From assembly GCA_963847625.1 (NCBI GenBank), contig CAWKAR010000039.1:160001-224000 (forward strand): DNA of 64,000 nt. The letters are read 5' to 3'. Below are positions 15,795 to 25,965 of this stretch, one piece after another. Source of the DNA: a candidate division FCPU426 bacterium. GTDB taxonomy: Bacteria; Oederibacteriota; Muellerivitia; Muellerivitales; Muellerivitaceae. The notes beneath the pieces were generated by a model. The model saw nothing but the letters and a program-made list of their open reading frames with translations. It did no database searches and was not told where the DNA came from. A program made the translations under genes and the position numbers. Position 1 is the first letter of the stretch, and each line of letters opens with the position of its first letter.

Positions 15795-18491
15795 ATGACG
15801 GAGAAAAAATCAATCGCAAAATCCATGGTTCGGGAACGGTTGAGGTTCGATTCCGACTGGCGGTTCCACCTGGGGGACGTGCCGGGTCACTCCTACGCCA
15901 TTCCCATCAAGAATTGGCGCTTTCAGGTGGTCGGCAAGGAAAAACCAAAAAACTTCAAAATGGCGGCCCCGAATTTTCCCGACCGGAATTGGAAAACTAT
16001 CCAACCCTGGAAGAACGCCTTCGGCCCGAAACCGGGCTTTGGCTGGTTCCGGACCCTGTTACCGGACGCACCCGGCCCCGGCCGGATTCTTCATTTCGTC
16101 TCCATTTGCAACGACGGAACCATCTTTCTCAACGGCCGGAAGCTTTTGCATCACGAGATTTGGACCGACCCCTTTGACGTTTCCCTGGATCCAGCCTGGA
16201 ACCAGGGCGGCCCCAACCATTTGGCGGTCCTGGTGAAAAGCCACTGGGGGGGTGGATTTATCGGAAACACGGACCTGGAACTTCCGGTGCCGCCGGTCAC
16301 ATGGGAAGGCCCGGCCTCCCTTCCTTTCAACAACCGGAGCTGGAGAAAAATTCACCTGCCCCACGATTTCGTGGTGGAGGGAAGGTCCGGCCAGAAAACC
16401 AACGACCCGGCCCACGGTTTCCTTCCCAAGGGCGTGGGTTGGTACCGGAAGGAATTCGAGATTCCCGCGAAGGACCGGGGGAAAACCCTCTGGATCGATT
16501 TCGACGGGGTTTTCCGCAACTGCCGGGTTTGGCTGAACGGCCGCCTTCTGGGGCGGCACCGCAGCGGATACACTAGCTTCCGGTTCGACATTACCGACGC
16601 GGTGATGTATGGCGGAAGAAACGTCCTGGCGGTTCGGGTGGATGCGCGGGGTCATGAGGGATGGTGGTACGAGGGCGGAGGCATCTACCGGCACGTCTGG
16701 CTCAACAAGGCCAACCCTCTGCACGTGGAACCCTGGGGTGTTTACGTAGTTTCCACTCTCAAGGACAACAAGGCGGATCTTTCCATCCAAACAACTGTCA
16801 CCAACAAGTCCCAAACCGGCACTTTCTATAAATTGACCTCGGAGATCTTGGACCCCAAGGGAGAAAAAGTTCTCAAGATTTCAAGCCGGGGAAAACTGTC
16901 CCAAGATAGCCGAAAGGAAATCCTTCACAAAGTAATCCTGAGCAGGCCCCTTCTTTGGTCTTTGGAGAATCCCCGTTTGTACAAGATGGTAACAAAAATA
17001 GAAAAGGACGGCCGTTGGGTGGACCGGGTGGAGACATCTTTCGGCGTGCGCTCCATCCGTTTCGACAAGGACAAGGGTTTCTTCCTGAATGGAAAGCACG
17101 TCCTGCTCAAGGGGACCTGTAACCACCAGGACCACGCCGGCGTGGGTGTCGCACTGCCCGACCGGCTATTCACCTACCGGCTGGAAAAACTCAAGGAAAT
17201 GGGATCCAACTCCTACCGCTGTTCCCACAATCCGCCGGCTTCGGAACTGCTGGAGGAATGCGACCGGCTGGGCATGCTGGTCCTGGACGAGAACCGCCAC
17301 CTGGGCGATTCCCGGGAAGTTCTTTCACAACTCACGAGCATGGTCCTGCGGGACCGGAACCATCCAAGTATCATCGCCTGGTCCCTTTGCAACGAGGAGG
17401 GCAAGCAGGGTACGGAAGAAGGGCGGAGAATGGGGATGGCCATGAAGAAAACCCTGCTCAAGCTCGACAAGACCCGGCCCATCACCTGCGCCATGAACGG
17501 CGGGTGGGGGGAAGGCCTGACCCATGTGGTTGACCTGCAAGGATTCAACTACAACATCGTGCAGTACGACCCCTTCCGGGCCCAACACCCCCGGATGCCC
17601 ATGTTTGGAAGCGAGACAGGCAGCACGGTTTCGACCCGGGGCATTTACCAGACCGACCGGAAAAAAGGATATGTAAGCGCCTACGACGTGAACCACACCG
17701 AATGGTCCACGACCGCCGAGAATGCCTGGCGGCCCGTGGTGGAGAGGCCCCACATGGCCGGGGTTTACGTTTGGACCGGGTTTGACTACAAGGGTGAGCC
17801 CACACCTTACGGCTGGCCCTGCGTTAATTCCCATTTCGGCATCCTAGATCTATGCGGTTTTCCCAAGGACAACTTCCACTATTACCGGGCCTGGTGGGGG
17901 GACAAACCCGTCCTCCACCTTTTCCCCCATTGGAATTGGAAGGGAATGGAAGGGAAGCAAATCGACGTCTGGTGCCACACGAACCACGACCAGGTGGAAC
18001 TATTCCTCAACGGGAAGTCCCGGGGAATCAAGGAAATGCCGAGAAACGGGCACCTGGAATGGAAGGTCTGGTACGTGCCCGGGGTGTTGAGGGCCAGGGC
18101 CTACCGGAAAGGGGTTTTCACGGAAGAAACCTTGGTGGAAACAACCGGTTCGGCGGCCGCTATCCGGTTGACCCCCTATTGCAAGGAACTCCAGGCGGAC
18201 GGGGAGGACCTGGCGCCGGTAACGGTTGAAATCCTGGACGAAAAGGGAAGGTTGGTCCCGACCGCCGACAATGAAGTTAAATTCCAGGTCCGGGGGGCGG
18301 GCCAGATCGCGGGGGTCGGCAACGGGGACCCCTCTAGCCACGAGCCTGATAAATCTGACAAACGAAAAGCCTTCAATGGCCTCTGCGCGGTTTACGTACA
18401 GGCCGGGGAAAAACCGGGGAGGATCACCCTGACCGCGAGGTCGAAAGGTTTGAAGCCGGCCGCGGTAGTCCTAGTGACCAAAAAGAATTAA
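15795..18491 (+). CDS. Beta-galactosidase, GH2, with an extra nested jelly-roll domain
   Basis: LPHDF, GWYRKEF, FDGVF, SGYTSF, WWYEGGGIYR, KGTCNHQD, RCSHNP, RDRNHPSI..WSLCNE and WTGFDY.GEP motifs; no signal peptide; start uncertain (15768-15825). Confidence 0.9.
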   Translation: MTEKKSIAKSMVRERLRFDSDWRFHLGDVPGHSYAIPIKNWRFQVVGKEKPKNFKMAAPNFPDRNWKTIQPWKNAFGPKPGFGWFRTLLPDAPGPGRILHFVSICNDGTIFLNGRKLLHHEIWTDPFDVSLDPAWNQGGPNHLAVLVKSHWGGGFIGNTDLELPVPPVTWEGPASLPFNNRSWRKIHLPHDFVVEGRSGQKTNDPAHGFLPKGVGWYRKEFEIPAKDRGKTLWIDFDGVFRNCRVWLNGRLLGRHRSGYTSFRFDITDAVMYGGRNVLAVRVDARGHEGWWYEGGGIYRHVWLNKANPLHVEPWGVYVVSTLKDNKADLSIQTTVTNKSQTGTFYKLTSEILDPKGEKVLKISSRGKLSQDSRKEILHKVILSRPLLWSLENPRLYKMVTKIEKDGRWVDRVETSFGVRSIRFDKDKGFFLNGKHVLLKGTCNHQDHAGVGVALPDRLFTYRLEKLKEMGSNSYRCSHNPPASELLEECDRLGMLVLDENRHLGDSREVLSQLTSMVLRDRNHPSIIAWSLCNEEGKQGTEEGRRMGMAMKKTLLKLDKTRPITCAMNGGWGEGLTHVVDLQGFNYNIVQYDPFRAQHPRMPMFGSETGSTVSTRGIYQTDRKKGYVSAYDVNHTEWSTTAENAWRPVVERPHMAGVYVWTGFDYKGEPTPYGWPCVNSHFGILDLCGFPKDNFHYYRAWWGDKPVLHLFPHWNWKGMEGKQIDVWCHTNHDQVELFLNGKSRGIKEMPRNGHLEWKVWYVPGVLRARAYRKGVFTEETLVETTGSAAAIRLTPYCKELQADGEDLAPVTVEILDEKGRLVPTADNEVKFQVRGAGQIAGVGNGDPSSHEPDKSDKRKAFNGLCAVYVQAGEKPGRITLTARSKGLKPAAVVLVTKKN

Positions 18492-18517
18492 TAATTTGTT
18501 TGGAAATGTCCTGAAAT

Positions 18518-18553
18518 AAAAAAGGCGGCCTTATTACAAGGGCCGCCTTTTTT
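18518..18553. terminator. Bidirectional rho-independent terminator between convergent genes
   Basis: A6-ggcggcc...ggccgcc-T6. Confidence 0.9.
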
Positions 18554-18565
18554 ACTTATAGCAGA

Positions 18566-19966
18566 TTAATAAAGTTCCACGTTGTCCAGGTACAAGGTAC
18601 TGGTGTTCCAGGTCGAGGAGCCGCCCCCTGATTGAAATTGAACCCCGAATTGTTGAACACCCGTGGCGACATAAGTCACGGGAAGGGTCAAGTCCAATTG
18701 AACCCAGGTACCCGCAGTCGATATGTTCGTATAAGCACTTTGTGTCCAGCCACCGCTCCCATTCACGAAAAGAACGCCACCCGCGTTATTCGAGAGGAGC
18801 GGATTGCAACTCACCTGTGCCCTGAAACCTGATAACCCCAGGCTTGTCCAATCGGTATTGGTGGTATAGGTATATAACAATTCCTCGACCTGGTTGATTC
18901 CGCTGTAGGTCACAGTCACGCCCAGGCAGCTAACGGAGCCGCCGTAACCAGGGGATTCCAAAACCAAATCGGAAGTTGTTACCGCTCCGTTACTTGGGAC
19001 TGAGGACCATCCAGAAGGAATACCCCCGATATCGAAATACATCGAGTTGGCGGTGGAGGGTGTGGCGGACGAAGTGAAGGTCGGGGTTGGTCCCGCAGGA
19101 ATAGTGATCGTAATGTCATCCACGTAGAAATTACCGGAGGCGCCCACGGGGATGCTGTATAACTGCAGATATAGCCCCATGACCGAGGCCGGAATGGACG
19201 CGCCGGTGCAACCGGCGGTCGAGGGCAATAGGGTAACCGGGAACCAGGAACCCGTTCCCGGGCTGCCTTTCCAAGCGTTATCCCATCCGCAACCGGGATT
19301 GGTTTCGGCCGGTTGGATGGCCCCGCAACCCGCCAAAGTGGTATCCAAGTAACAATTAAAGACGATGGTGGCCCCGCCGAAATTCTGCGCCGCCGCGTAA
19401 TTTAGAACCAAGTTGATGCTTTGGGTCGAGGTGGTGGTGTTGTGAATAGACACGGCAAATGAACTGCTCCCATTATGGTGTTGTGTCGTGGAGAGGCCGT
19501 AATTGATGATGATGCTTGCCGGGCCGCCGTTGGCCGGAACAACCGACCAACAATCCGTCGAAGTTTCGAAGGTATAGGTGGCCTGGAAGTTGACCCCGGC
19601 ACAGGAGGGGGTATTCGTGATGGTAGGAGTCAGGGTGATCGTCGGCGAGAGTGTGAACGTCGGGGTATCGGTGAGTGTTGGGGTATCGGTGACCGTTGGC
19701 GTGTCGGTGAAAGTTAATGAGGGAGTGGCAGGATTCCAGGTATTGGTTAAAGTGTTGGTAATCGTCGGCGTGGGTGAATTCGTCGGCGTCCCGGTCAGCG
19801 TCGCTGTGTTGGTGGGAGTTCTAGTGAATGAAGTTGTTGCTGTGGGGGTAAGGGTTTTGGTAGGGGGGAAAGTCGGAGAAACCACCTGGTGGCAGCCTTC
19901 CGTGGAAATCCAAATCCCTTGCAAGAGCAGAAATATTACCGGAACCAACCATGTTAAGCGCTTCAT
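18566..19966 (-). CDS. Surface lipoprotein with a Thr/Pro linker and two CBM-like domains
   Basis: ATG at 19966 after AGGAGG; signal ending STEGC; domain start CAGVNFQATYTFETSTDCW resembles domains of the gene at 159; ends LYLDNVELY. Confidence 0.8.
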   Translation of the reverse strand: MKRLTWLVPVIFLLLQGIWISTEGCHQVVSPTFPPTKTLTPTATTSFTRTPTNTATLTGTPTNSPTPTITNTLTNTWNPATPSLTFTDTPTVTDTPTLTDTPTFTLSPTITLTPTITNTPSCAGVNFQATYTFETSTDCWSVVPANGGPASIIINYGLSTTQHHNGSSSFAVSIHNTTTSTQSINLVLNYAAAQNFGGATIVFNCYLDTTLAGCGAIQPAETNPGCGWDNAWKGSPGTGSWFPVTLLPSTAGCTGASIPASVMGLYLQLYSIPVGASGNFYVDDITITIPAGPTPTFTSSATPSTANSMYFDIGGIPSGWSSVPSNGAVTTSDLVLESPGYGGSVSCLGVTVTYSGINQVEELLYTYTTNTDWTSLGLSGFRAQVSCNPLLSNNAGGVLFVNGSGGWTQSAYTNISTAGTWVQLDLTLPVTYVATGVQQFGVQFQSGGGSSTWNTSTLYLDNVELY

Positions 19967-20107
19967 CTTCACTCCTCCTTCGGAATCAATCCATTCAGAA
20001 CTTAAATTATACACCCACTCAAACTTATTTAAGACTATCCAAGACTTTTCAGCCTCAGTATTTCAACATTAATGACCGTACTCAGCCTTTGTTTCCTTCC
20101 TTAAGAT

Positions 20108-22096
20108 TCAAGGTTTCTCCGGGACGAATTGCAGTACCGTGATTGAATAAGCTGGAAAAACATGATCAAAACCTTGTGGCCCACCTTCCAGGGTGAAGGA
20201 CTTAGGGGGCTCATCCGGGTCTGCGTGGTACGGTGGGGTTTCAGTTTCCCAATTATAGTTGGTTTTGTCGAAACTCCAGCCTTTGGTTTTAGGCTTGGCT
20301 TTGAAGTCCTTCAGGTTGATGGCGGCCTTGTAGGCATTATCCGGGCTCTTATTCACCACTAAAAGGCCTAGTTTGCCATCGGGCCTGTAATCGGCGTAAA
20401 CGGCCAAAAAGGCCTCGGGGCTTTGCGCATCCACCATTTGATGGACTTGGTTATCCCCCGGCTTGGACCAATCATTCGTCATCATTTTCATAGTCCAATA
20501 ATCGGCGCGTTCCTGGTACTGGTAGGGGCCTCCCTCGGCCTGCATATAGCCGTGGTCCCCGCCAGTGGGATCATTGATGGCGCTCCCGCCGTTCAACACA
20601 TCCCACATCAGAGTGTAGCCCCGGTTACCAAAATGGCAGATGAACTCGGCCAGGTACTGGGCCAGCCATAAGCCATTTTCCAAGTGTACACTGATATCGT
20701 TGGGTTTGACGTGGTCCGAAGTGTTGAATTCCGTGATCCAGATGGGGATATTGGCCAAGGCCGGATAGGCGGCGAACTGGGTTTTGATGGAAGAATCCAT
20801 GTCGTCCATTCCGGATTTCGGGGAAGCCAACAAATCGGCCTTGGCCTGACCCCAGTTGGGGTATTGGTGGATGGAAATGGCATCCACGTATTTTTCCTTT
20901 TTATCTTGGGCCAGCCGGTCCACGAAATCCTTGAGGCAAAGCACGCCGTCGTACACGCCCGAAGGGTCGGAAAAACCAACCTGGGCCACCAGGGTTATGG
21001 TCGGATCCACGGCCTTCATGGCTTCGTAAAAGAGAATATACCTCCGGGCATAGTCCCTGACGTTGATGGGCCCGCCGGCTTCCCATTGGCCGCCGTTCTC
21101 GTTTCCTATCTCCCAATACTTGATGCCGTATTTCCTGGTGATGTTGGCGTACTTGACCCAAGCCGCCGCCAACTTGGGGGTGCCGCTTCCCATGTTGACG
21201 ATGATGAGGGGTATGCCCGGGGGATCAAGCGACTGCATGAAATCCATGTATTCCTCGAACCCGAAAATCTTCCGGTCGCCCAGTTCGCTGGCCGTGTTGG
21301 TGCTGGAAGCCACGATGCAATTGTTGCTCTTCAATGGAAGCGCTTCTTTTTCCATGAAAGCCTGGATCTCGGCAATCGAGTAAGTGCCGTTCTCACCCGC
21401 CGTACTCTCGGTCATCAGCACACGCAAGTACTGGGTAGTGACGGGCTGGAAAGACACTTCCTGGAAACCGCCCTTGCCGGTGACACTGACCGCTGAGGTA
21501 TCCAGCCAGGCGTTTCGTTCCGCACCATAGGGCATCCACTGCCGGCTTTCCTTGGCATCCCAGTATTGTATTGTGAATTTCTTGGCGAAGGGCCAGGCTT
21601 TGTTGGCCGCGTTGCCCCAGGTGATGGAGACCTTGTCCACGGGCTTTTGGCTTTGGAAGTCCATGTACATCCACTGGCCATGCGGGTAATCGGTTTCGAC
21701 ATTGGAACGCCAGGCCGTGGTTTTGTCCCCATCGATGGCTTTGGGTGCGTCGTAAAGTTGGCCGTTGTCCTTCATCATGCGGCTGTTGCCGTAATCGGTG
21801 TCACTGGGTACCCAGTCCCCGTTGGCGTCATAATCGCCGTTGCCGTTCCAATAGAAGGCGTCGCCCCAGGACCCGCCAGGGTAGCGCAGGAGGAAGTTGC
21901 CCGCACCCTGGATCTTATCTTTGACCGGTACCGGACTGGCCCAGCCGTTCGTGTTATTCCCGAAGATGCTGATGGGCCGGAAACTGTTCAGGGTGACGGA
22001 CGCGTCCACATCGATCGAGGTGGCCGGAGTTTCCGCGTTCAGGAATGGGGGAACGATGAAAAGGAAAAAAAAGAATGCGTAAAAACTCTTCGTCAA
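20108..22096 (-). CDS. Secreted clan GH-A glycoside hydrolase (family unassigned) with an inserted F5/8-type C (CBM32) domain
   Basis: TTG at 22096 after AGGAG, then a signal peptide; RYPGGS, YWEIGNE (acid/base) and IWITEFN (nucleophile); AIDGDKTTAWRS..W.YMDF..YLRV..SIAEI discoidin signature. Confidence 0.8.
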   Translation of the reverse strand: MTKSFYAFFFFLFIVPPFLNAETPATSIDVDASVTLNSFRPISIFGNNTNGWASPVPVKDKIQGAGNFLLRYPGGSWGDAFYWNGNGDYDANGDWVPSDTDYGNSRMMKDNGQLYDAPKAIDGDKTTAWRSNVETDYPHGQWMYMDFQSQKPVDKVSITWGNAANKAWPFAKKFTIQYWDAKESRQWMPYGAERNAWLDTSAVSVTGKGGFQEVSFQPVTTQYLRVLMTESTAGENGTYSIAEIQAFMEKEALPLKSNNCIVASSTNTASELGDRKIFGFEEYMDFMQSLDPPGIPLIIVNMGSGTPKLAAAWVKYANITRKYGIKYWEIGNENGGQWEAGGPINVRDYARRYILFYEAMKAVDPTITLVAQVGFSDPSGVYDGVLCLKDFVDRLAQDKKEKYVDAISIHQYPNWGQAKADLLASPKSGMDDMDSSIKTQFAAYPALANIPIWITEFNTSDHVKPNDISVHLENGLWLAQYLAEFICHFGNRGYTLMWDVLNGGSAINDPTGGDHGYMQAEGGPYQYQERADYWTMKMMTNDWSKPGDNQVHQMVDAQSPEAFLAVYADYRPDGKLGLLVVNKSPDNAYKAAINLKDFKAKPKTKGWSFDKTNYNWETETPPYHADPDEPPKSFTLEGGPQGFDHVFPAYSITVLQFVPEKP

Positions 22097-22309
22097 GGAC
22101 CTGCTCCTTACAATGGTATACGTACAAAAAACGATGATTAGTTTCGCGACGGGCATTAGTTTACCTTTCCCCGGGACGGCGTCCAATGTTTACTTCGAGC
22201 AAATTTCTTTTCTGTAAAAATTTATCCTGGTTCGTTTACCCTGAACTTATCCAATGGCCTTGTTCTTTCGGGGCAAAAACGGTTTAATGACTAAAATCAT
22301 CCACTCATC

Positions 22310-22347
22310 GTTGAAACTTTATTAAACTCATTTCATGATGTTTCAAC
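22310..22347. promoter_or_regulatory. Candidate operator in the divergent GH-A/OMP-operon intergenic region
   Basis: Perfect 8-bp inverted repeat gttgaaac-N22-gtttcaac; similar to 15609-15632. Confidence 0.45.
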
Positions 22348-22453
22348 AAATAAAAACATTTCGGATTGCCGTTTTTTTTTAGTAGAATAAGCCCGCTTCG
22401 CCCAAGGACGATTCCCTAGCCGTTGTCTCTGTGGCCTTTCGTCCAAAATAAAG

Positions 22454-23233
22454 GTGGCTATGACCAAGGTAAAAATTTCCATCCTCTTTCCCGGTTTTCT
22501 CGCGGTTGGATTACTGACTGGCTGCGGGGCGATCTTGGTGAACGAGGGTTCGAAGAACGAACCCCTAACGGACGGGTTGAAAAATCCCGAGGCTGCCCAA
22601 GCCAAGGTTGTCGTGCCGACCGAGCAAAAGGTCATCGGCAATTTTGAGGACGGCTCCATCCACATGAATCCCAGCCTTTACGGTGCCAAGGGTGCGGGTC
22701 TTTGGAGCGACAATACCTACGGGGGGAACACCATAAACGAAGTCTTCGTGGTGGCGGGCGGGGCCAACGGCACCAAGATGGCCGCCCATGTTTTCGGCAA
22801 GCTGGTGAACAAGGGCGATAACACCTATCCCGCTTTCCTCCTGGACGGGAAATTCAAGCCGACCGGTTTTTACGACGCCAGTCCCTTTAACGGAATCCGC
22901 TTTTATTACAAATCCCCCTCGGGGGACCAGGCCCCTTCCAGGCGCTTCTCCATCCCCATCGCGCCCATCATGCCTTCCTCGGCCGGGGGGAATTGCACGG
23001 ACGGCTGTTACAACAACTTCGGGATGGATCTTTCTTCCAAGGGGGAATGGGCCCTCGTCACCCTTCCCTTCAGCAACCTCACCCGGCAATCGGGATGGGG
23101 CAACACGATCACGCCGCCTGAATTCGCCGAGCACTTGAAGGAAATCCTAGGCATCGAATGGACCCACAACGCGGGCAATACCGCGGGGAGTTACAACATC
23201 GATTACTGGGTGGATGAGGTCGTGTTTTTTTGA
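22454..23233 (+). CDS. CBM11/CIA30-like carbohydrate-binding lipoprotein
   Basis: Lipobox LLTGC; IGNFEDG, YDASPFNGIRFYYK, W.LVTLPFS.L..SGWG and DYWVDEVVFF motifs; ATG at 22460 is an alternative start. Confidence 0.85.
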   Translation: MAMTKVKISILFPGFLAVGLLTGCGAILVNEGSKNEPLTDGLKNPEAAQAKVVVPTEQKVIGNFEDGSIHMNPSLYGAKGAGLWSDNTYGGNTINEVFVVAGGANGTKMAAHVFGKLVNKGDNTYPAFLLDGKFKPTGFYDASPFNGIRFYYKSPSGDQAPSRRFSIPIAPIMPSSAGGNCTDGCYNNFGMDLSSKGEWALVTLPFSNLTRQSGWGNTITPPEFAEHLKEILGIEWTHNAGNTAGSYNIDYWVDEVVFF

Positions 23234-23304
23234 TAAGAATTCCGGAAGAAAAGTTCCGGTATTGAAAAGTTGAAAGCGGTTTAAATTATTGATTCGAGGC
23301 TATT

Positions 23305-25911
23305 TTGATTCTGAGACTTAAGAAAACATCTAAAGGGTTTCTTTTCTTGGCCTTTCTATATATAGGTCCTCTGGTGACAGGCCTTTGGGCGAACCCTTCA
23401 GACAATGTGACCTCCGACCAACCCCTTTACCAGCGCGTGAAGGCGTTGGAAGCCTACGGTCTTTTGGATCCTCAAGACCAGGCCGTTCTCGACCAGGGCC
23501 GGGTGGTGACGAAACTGGAACTAGGTTTCTTCATGGAGAAGGCCAAGACCAACTATCAATCTTCCCAAGAGTTGCAAATCGTCCTGGCATCCCAAGCTGC
23601 ATCCACCCCAGCGGCTTCATCCCAGAAGGCCAAGTCCGCGGTGAAACCAATAGCCTCCCCCGCGCCAGCCAAGTCCACCTCTATAGCCACCCCGGCTCCC
23701 ACGGCGGTTTTACCAGCTACTGTGCCCACGGCCCAGGCGGCGCCAGCCGCGTCCATACCCCCGGCCGCCAACCCGGCGATCGAGAAGGAAATCAACGAAC
23801 TGCTCAAGCTGCTGGATGAGGAGTCGGACTATCTCCGGACACGGATGGCTTTGACGGACTACCGCCTCCAAGAACAGGAAAAAGAGCTGGAGGCCCTCCA
23901 ATCCACGCAGGACGACGTTAATTCAGCTTTCCGTAAAGCCAACAAATCGTCCACTTCCACCCATTTCACGTATGAAGCGGACGTCAAGGCGGAAAATTTA
24001 CACTTGTCGGGAATTACCGTTGTCAGTGCCACCCAAGCGGTGGATGAATTCAACCTGGGCATGTGGAGCGACTTGGGCGGGAAGGGGTCTTTCAGCGTCT
24101 ATATGTCCAGTTACCTTCAATCCTCGAACGCGTCGGCGGCCCCGGCTTCCCTTTACCTCAACGCCCCCACCCTTAATTACAACCTGGACGGGATGCTTGG
24201 CCATTGGAGCAATACTATCGAGGTGGAGTCCTACACTTGGGAAACGGATTACGGGGATTTTACGAGGGGCGCGGCGCCTGGAGCCCTCCGTTTCGAAGAC
24301 CCCTTCGATGTGAAGAGATATTCAGGAGATAAAAACCAGAAGAACTGGGACGACTATATGACCAACCTGGGATACGTTCCGAGTTCCACTTCCTGGATCA
24401 CCCAAAACCAAACCACCAAGGTTTTCGACGGGCTTTCCATGGTAGGAACAAGCCTTCCCTTGGTCAGCAAGGACGCGAAAATAAATTTCCTTGTCGGCCG
24501 AGTGGATGGCGATGCCCACCAATGGGAGGAGAGCCTCAGATACACCCAGCCCTGGGCAAACGGATTTTTAAATTCCTCTTTCTCGGCGATCTGGGTGAAT
24601 GACAATGGCTTATCCGCACCCTTAACGCAAGGGAACATGGACATGAAGTCCTACGCTGCGGATTTGGGTTTTGACTTGAAATCCGTGTTTCTGGACGTGG
24701 AAGGAGGGTTTACCCAACTTCATACGGGTGTGGTCAATACTAGCCCGGTCAGTTTCTCACAGGTCAACAATGCCGTGGCTCCGACCCTGCAGGCCCCGGC
24801 GGGACAGGCGTCCCTCAATCTATACCCCTTGACGCTCTATTACACGGCCATCAGCGAGGAATACTCGAATTTCCAGAGCAAGGTCCTCCTGACGGGTATC
24901 CAATTCTGGAAATTCGGATTTCCCGCCAATCCCAATGCCAACAATCCCGTCATGAACGACCAGTTCGGGTTCGTCGGGATGTCGGACGACTTGATCAGCG
25001 ACCGGCATGGGTGGCGGGCCAACCTGGGATGGAAAGGCCGTCAGGAAAGCTGGACAAAATCCCTGCCGGGTTTCCTGGATGATATGGTCATCAATATGGA
25101 CGTGGCCCGGAAGACCGAGTACCAGGCCGTGAGCGATGAATTAGGATATAAATCCATCGAGGCCTACGACCTGATCTCGGTTTTTTATCCAGAGAGCACG
25201 GGAATTTTCGGGAGCAACATTTGGGACGGGTACAGCGGAATGCATCCCGCTGGACAGTCTTATGTGGACCATATTGAAAGTATCCGTAACGACGGGAATC
25301 CTTTCAGGCCCGATGTCATTGAATTTATGGGCCCCCCCCTTACGGAACGCGTTCCCATGATTCTTGCTTATAATCCTAAATATCCAAAAGCTAATCCCGT
25401 CGCATTTTCCAACGGGGTGACTTACATTTCCCTGGACCACCTCAAGACATTCAATTACGTCACCTTAACCGCGAAATTACAGCTCAATAAAATGCTTGGC
25501 TTGAATACCCCTTTTTACGGCGGTCTTTTCTTCACAGACAATGAAGTCTCAGGCGACACCACTAATCCCACTCTGGTGAACGTACCAGACAAATACCAGC
25601 CAGGTCAGACTCTGGCCCATATCCCGAGCCTTTTCGACCAGACCGTTTACGACGCGGCTTTCATGTACGGAATTTTCAAGTACGTCAATCTCCTGGCTGA
25701 CTACGGGCTGGAACTATGGAAATCGGATTACACCATTCCCCAAGTCGATTACCGGACGGATTCCATCGGGGCCGGCTTAGCCTATGATTTTCCCTGGGGC
25801 GGTGGCAAGTTCGAGTTACGGTACAAACACGTGGCATTCCAGGACGTTTATGTGCCTGCCAACCGCTATCAGGCGGACCAGCTTTATTCATTTTTCATGT
25901 TCCAGTTTTAA
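23305..25911 (+). CDS. Putative outer-membrane protein 1: SLH-like + Pro/Ala linker + coiled coil + beta-barrel
   Basis: Signal peptide; DNV.SDQPLY..VKAL...GLL...VTKLELG resembles an SLH domain; heptad region; alternating beta-strands; C-terminal FFMFQF. Confidence 0.7.
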   Translation: MILRLKKTSKGFLFLAFLYIGPLVTGLWANPSDNVTSDQPLYQRVKALEAYGLLDPQDQAVLDQGRVVTKLELGFFMEKAKTNYQSSQELQIVLASQAASTPAASSQKAKSAVKPIASPAPAKSTSIATPAPTAVLPATVPTAQAAPAASIPPAANPAIEKEINELLKLLDEESDYLRTRMALTDYRLQEQEKELEALQSTQDDVNSAFRKANKSSTSTHFTYEADVKAENLHLSGITVVSATQAVDEFNLGMWSDLGGKGSFSVYMSSYLQSSNASAAPASLYLNAPTLNYNLDGMLGHWSNTIEVESYTWETDYGDFTRGAAPGALRFEDPFDVKRYSGDKNQKNWDDYMTNLGYVPSSTSWITQNQTTKVFDGLSMVGTSLPLVSKDAKINFLVGRVDGDAHQWEESLRYTQPWANGFLNSSFSAIWVNDNGLSAPLTQGNMDMKSYAADLGFDLKSVFLDVEGGFTQLHTGVVNTSPVSFSQVNNAVAPTLQAPAGQASLNLYPLTLYYTAISEEYSNFQSKVLLTGIQFWKFGFPANPNANNPVMNDQFGFVGMSDDLISDRHGWRANLGWKGRQESWTKSLPGFLDDMVINMDVARKTEYQAVSDELGYKSIEAYDLISVFYPESTGIFGSNIWDGYSGMHPAGQSYVDHIESIRNDGNPFRPDVIEFMGPPLTERVPMILAYNPKYPKANPVAFSNGVTYISLDHLKTFNYVTLTAKLQLNKMLGLNTPFYGGLFFTDNEVSGDTTNPTLVNVPDKYQPGQTLAHIPSLFDQTVYDAAFMYGIFKYVNLLADYGLELWKSDYTIPQVDYRTDSIGAGLAYDFPWGGGKFELRYKHVAFQDVYVPANRYQADQLYSFFMFQF

Positions 25912-25965
25912 AAAAGTTTTTAAGTGCTTTTTACTCGAGGAATTGAAGCAAGGGGCTGAGATAAA

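Noticed and set aside
140..20072. Val/Gly-rich and His/Asp-rich ORFs (e.g. 98-658, 140-523, 4519-5109, 19578-20072)
   Set aside because: Antisense or off-frame shadows of Thr/Pro linker codons.
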